A stretch of DNA of 63,103 nt, filler included, from Licmophora abbreviata (Eukaryota): the NCBI GenBank assembly GCA_900291995.1. It is 5 parts of 5 records of this genome, joined end to end, with 100 filler letters (N's around TTAATTAATTAA, not from the genome) between each part and the next. Parts side by side here need not be neighbours in the genome. Positions count along the whole stretch, not along the records: positions 52,770 to 63,103 come from OLMU01002580.1; 4 more parts are not named here. One strand, 5' to 3'. Each line of letters opens with the position of its first letter. Positions within the stretch are counted from its first letter, which is position 1. Below are positions 62,658 to 63,103 of this stretch, one piece after another. The translations under genes were made by a program, and so were the position numbers. The notes below the pieces were generated by a model, which saw only the letters and a list, made by a program, of their open reading frames with translations, ran no database searches and was not told where the DNA came from.

Positions 62658-62719
62658 GTCCCCGTTTGTTACGAAGTGACAAGTCTTCTGACTGTAGATG
62701 ATACCTTCAGTTTTATGCC
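62635..62719. repeat. 16-bp direct repeat CCTTCAGTTTTATGCC (62635-62650; 62704-62719)
   Basis: Seen directly at the 5' end of the HMG-box gene. Confidence 0.8.
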
Positions 62720-63103
62720 AGCAAGGTCTTTCGGAAAAAGACTCTCACAATTTTGAGGAAGTCTCTTGAGTACAAAATCGTCTAGGGACTGTTGAGCGTT
62801 AAACAATTTTATTTTATCGACCTAACTGTATAAATGTAGTATTGAAGTTTGGGCCTGTTGACTTTAGCTCGAAAATTTAGTCAGACTACGTGTCTATAGA
62901 CTTAGATTTGTCTATCAAAATGCTGGAGTGAACGATCCTGGGGTGTAAATTTCGCACGACACTGAACTGTCTCGCGACATTAATGACCAAAAAAGGAGGT
63001 GTACCTATTTTACCGCATCTGGTCCGATTTGCCGCGGTAGTGTTTACCATATTGAATAGTCCCGTCTGTAAGCTGAGATGTAGGAAAGTTTAAAATTTGT
63101 CTA

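Overview
Gene-dense eukaryotic nuclear DNA from a diatom-like stramenopile. Evidence: a fucoxanthin-chlorophyll protein, several signal peptide + 'AF' bipartite plastid presequences, short GT-AG introns and a bHLH-PAS factor. The window is five contigs joined by four artificial 100-nt spacers (N44-TTAATTAATTAA-N44). About 30 protein genes can be read, including two missed by the ORF track (Rieske ISP, CKS1). No tRNA/rRNA, CRISPR or intact transposon was recognised. Four genes carry single-base frameshifts that are probably sequencing errors. The most notable structure is a head-to-head pair of old, diverged phosphoglycerate dehydrogenase paralogues that share a 108-bp, 106/108-identical in-frame inverted repeat. 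This is a gene-conversion tract, or possibly an invertible promoter/N-terminus cassette. Also notable: a ~1700-aa plastid HAD pseudo-phosphatase with five tandem cap modules, a stand-alone DHFR with a spliced-on mitochondrial leader, an ERO1 with a plastid-type leader, a truncated-globin-like protein and a truncated SUZ12-like locus. All family calls come from motif recognition by eye; no database search was run.
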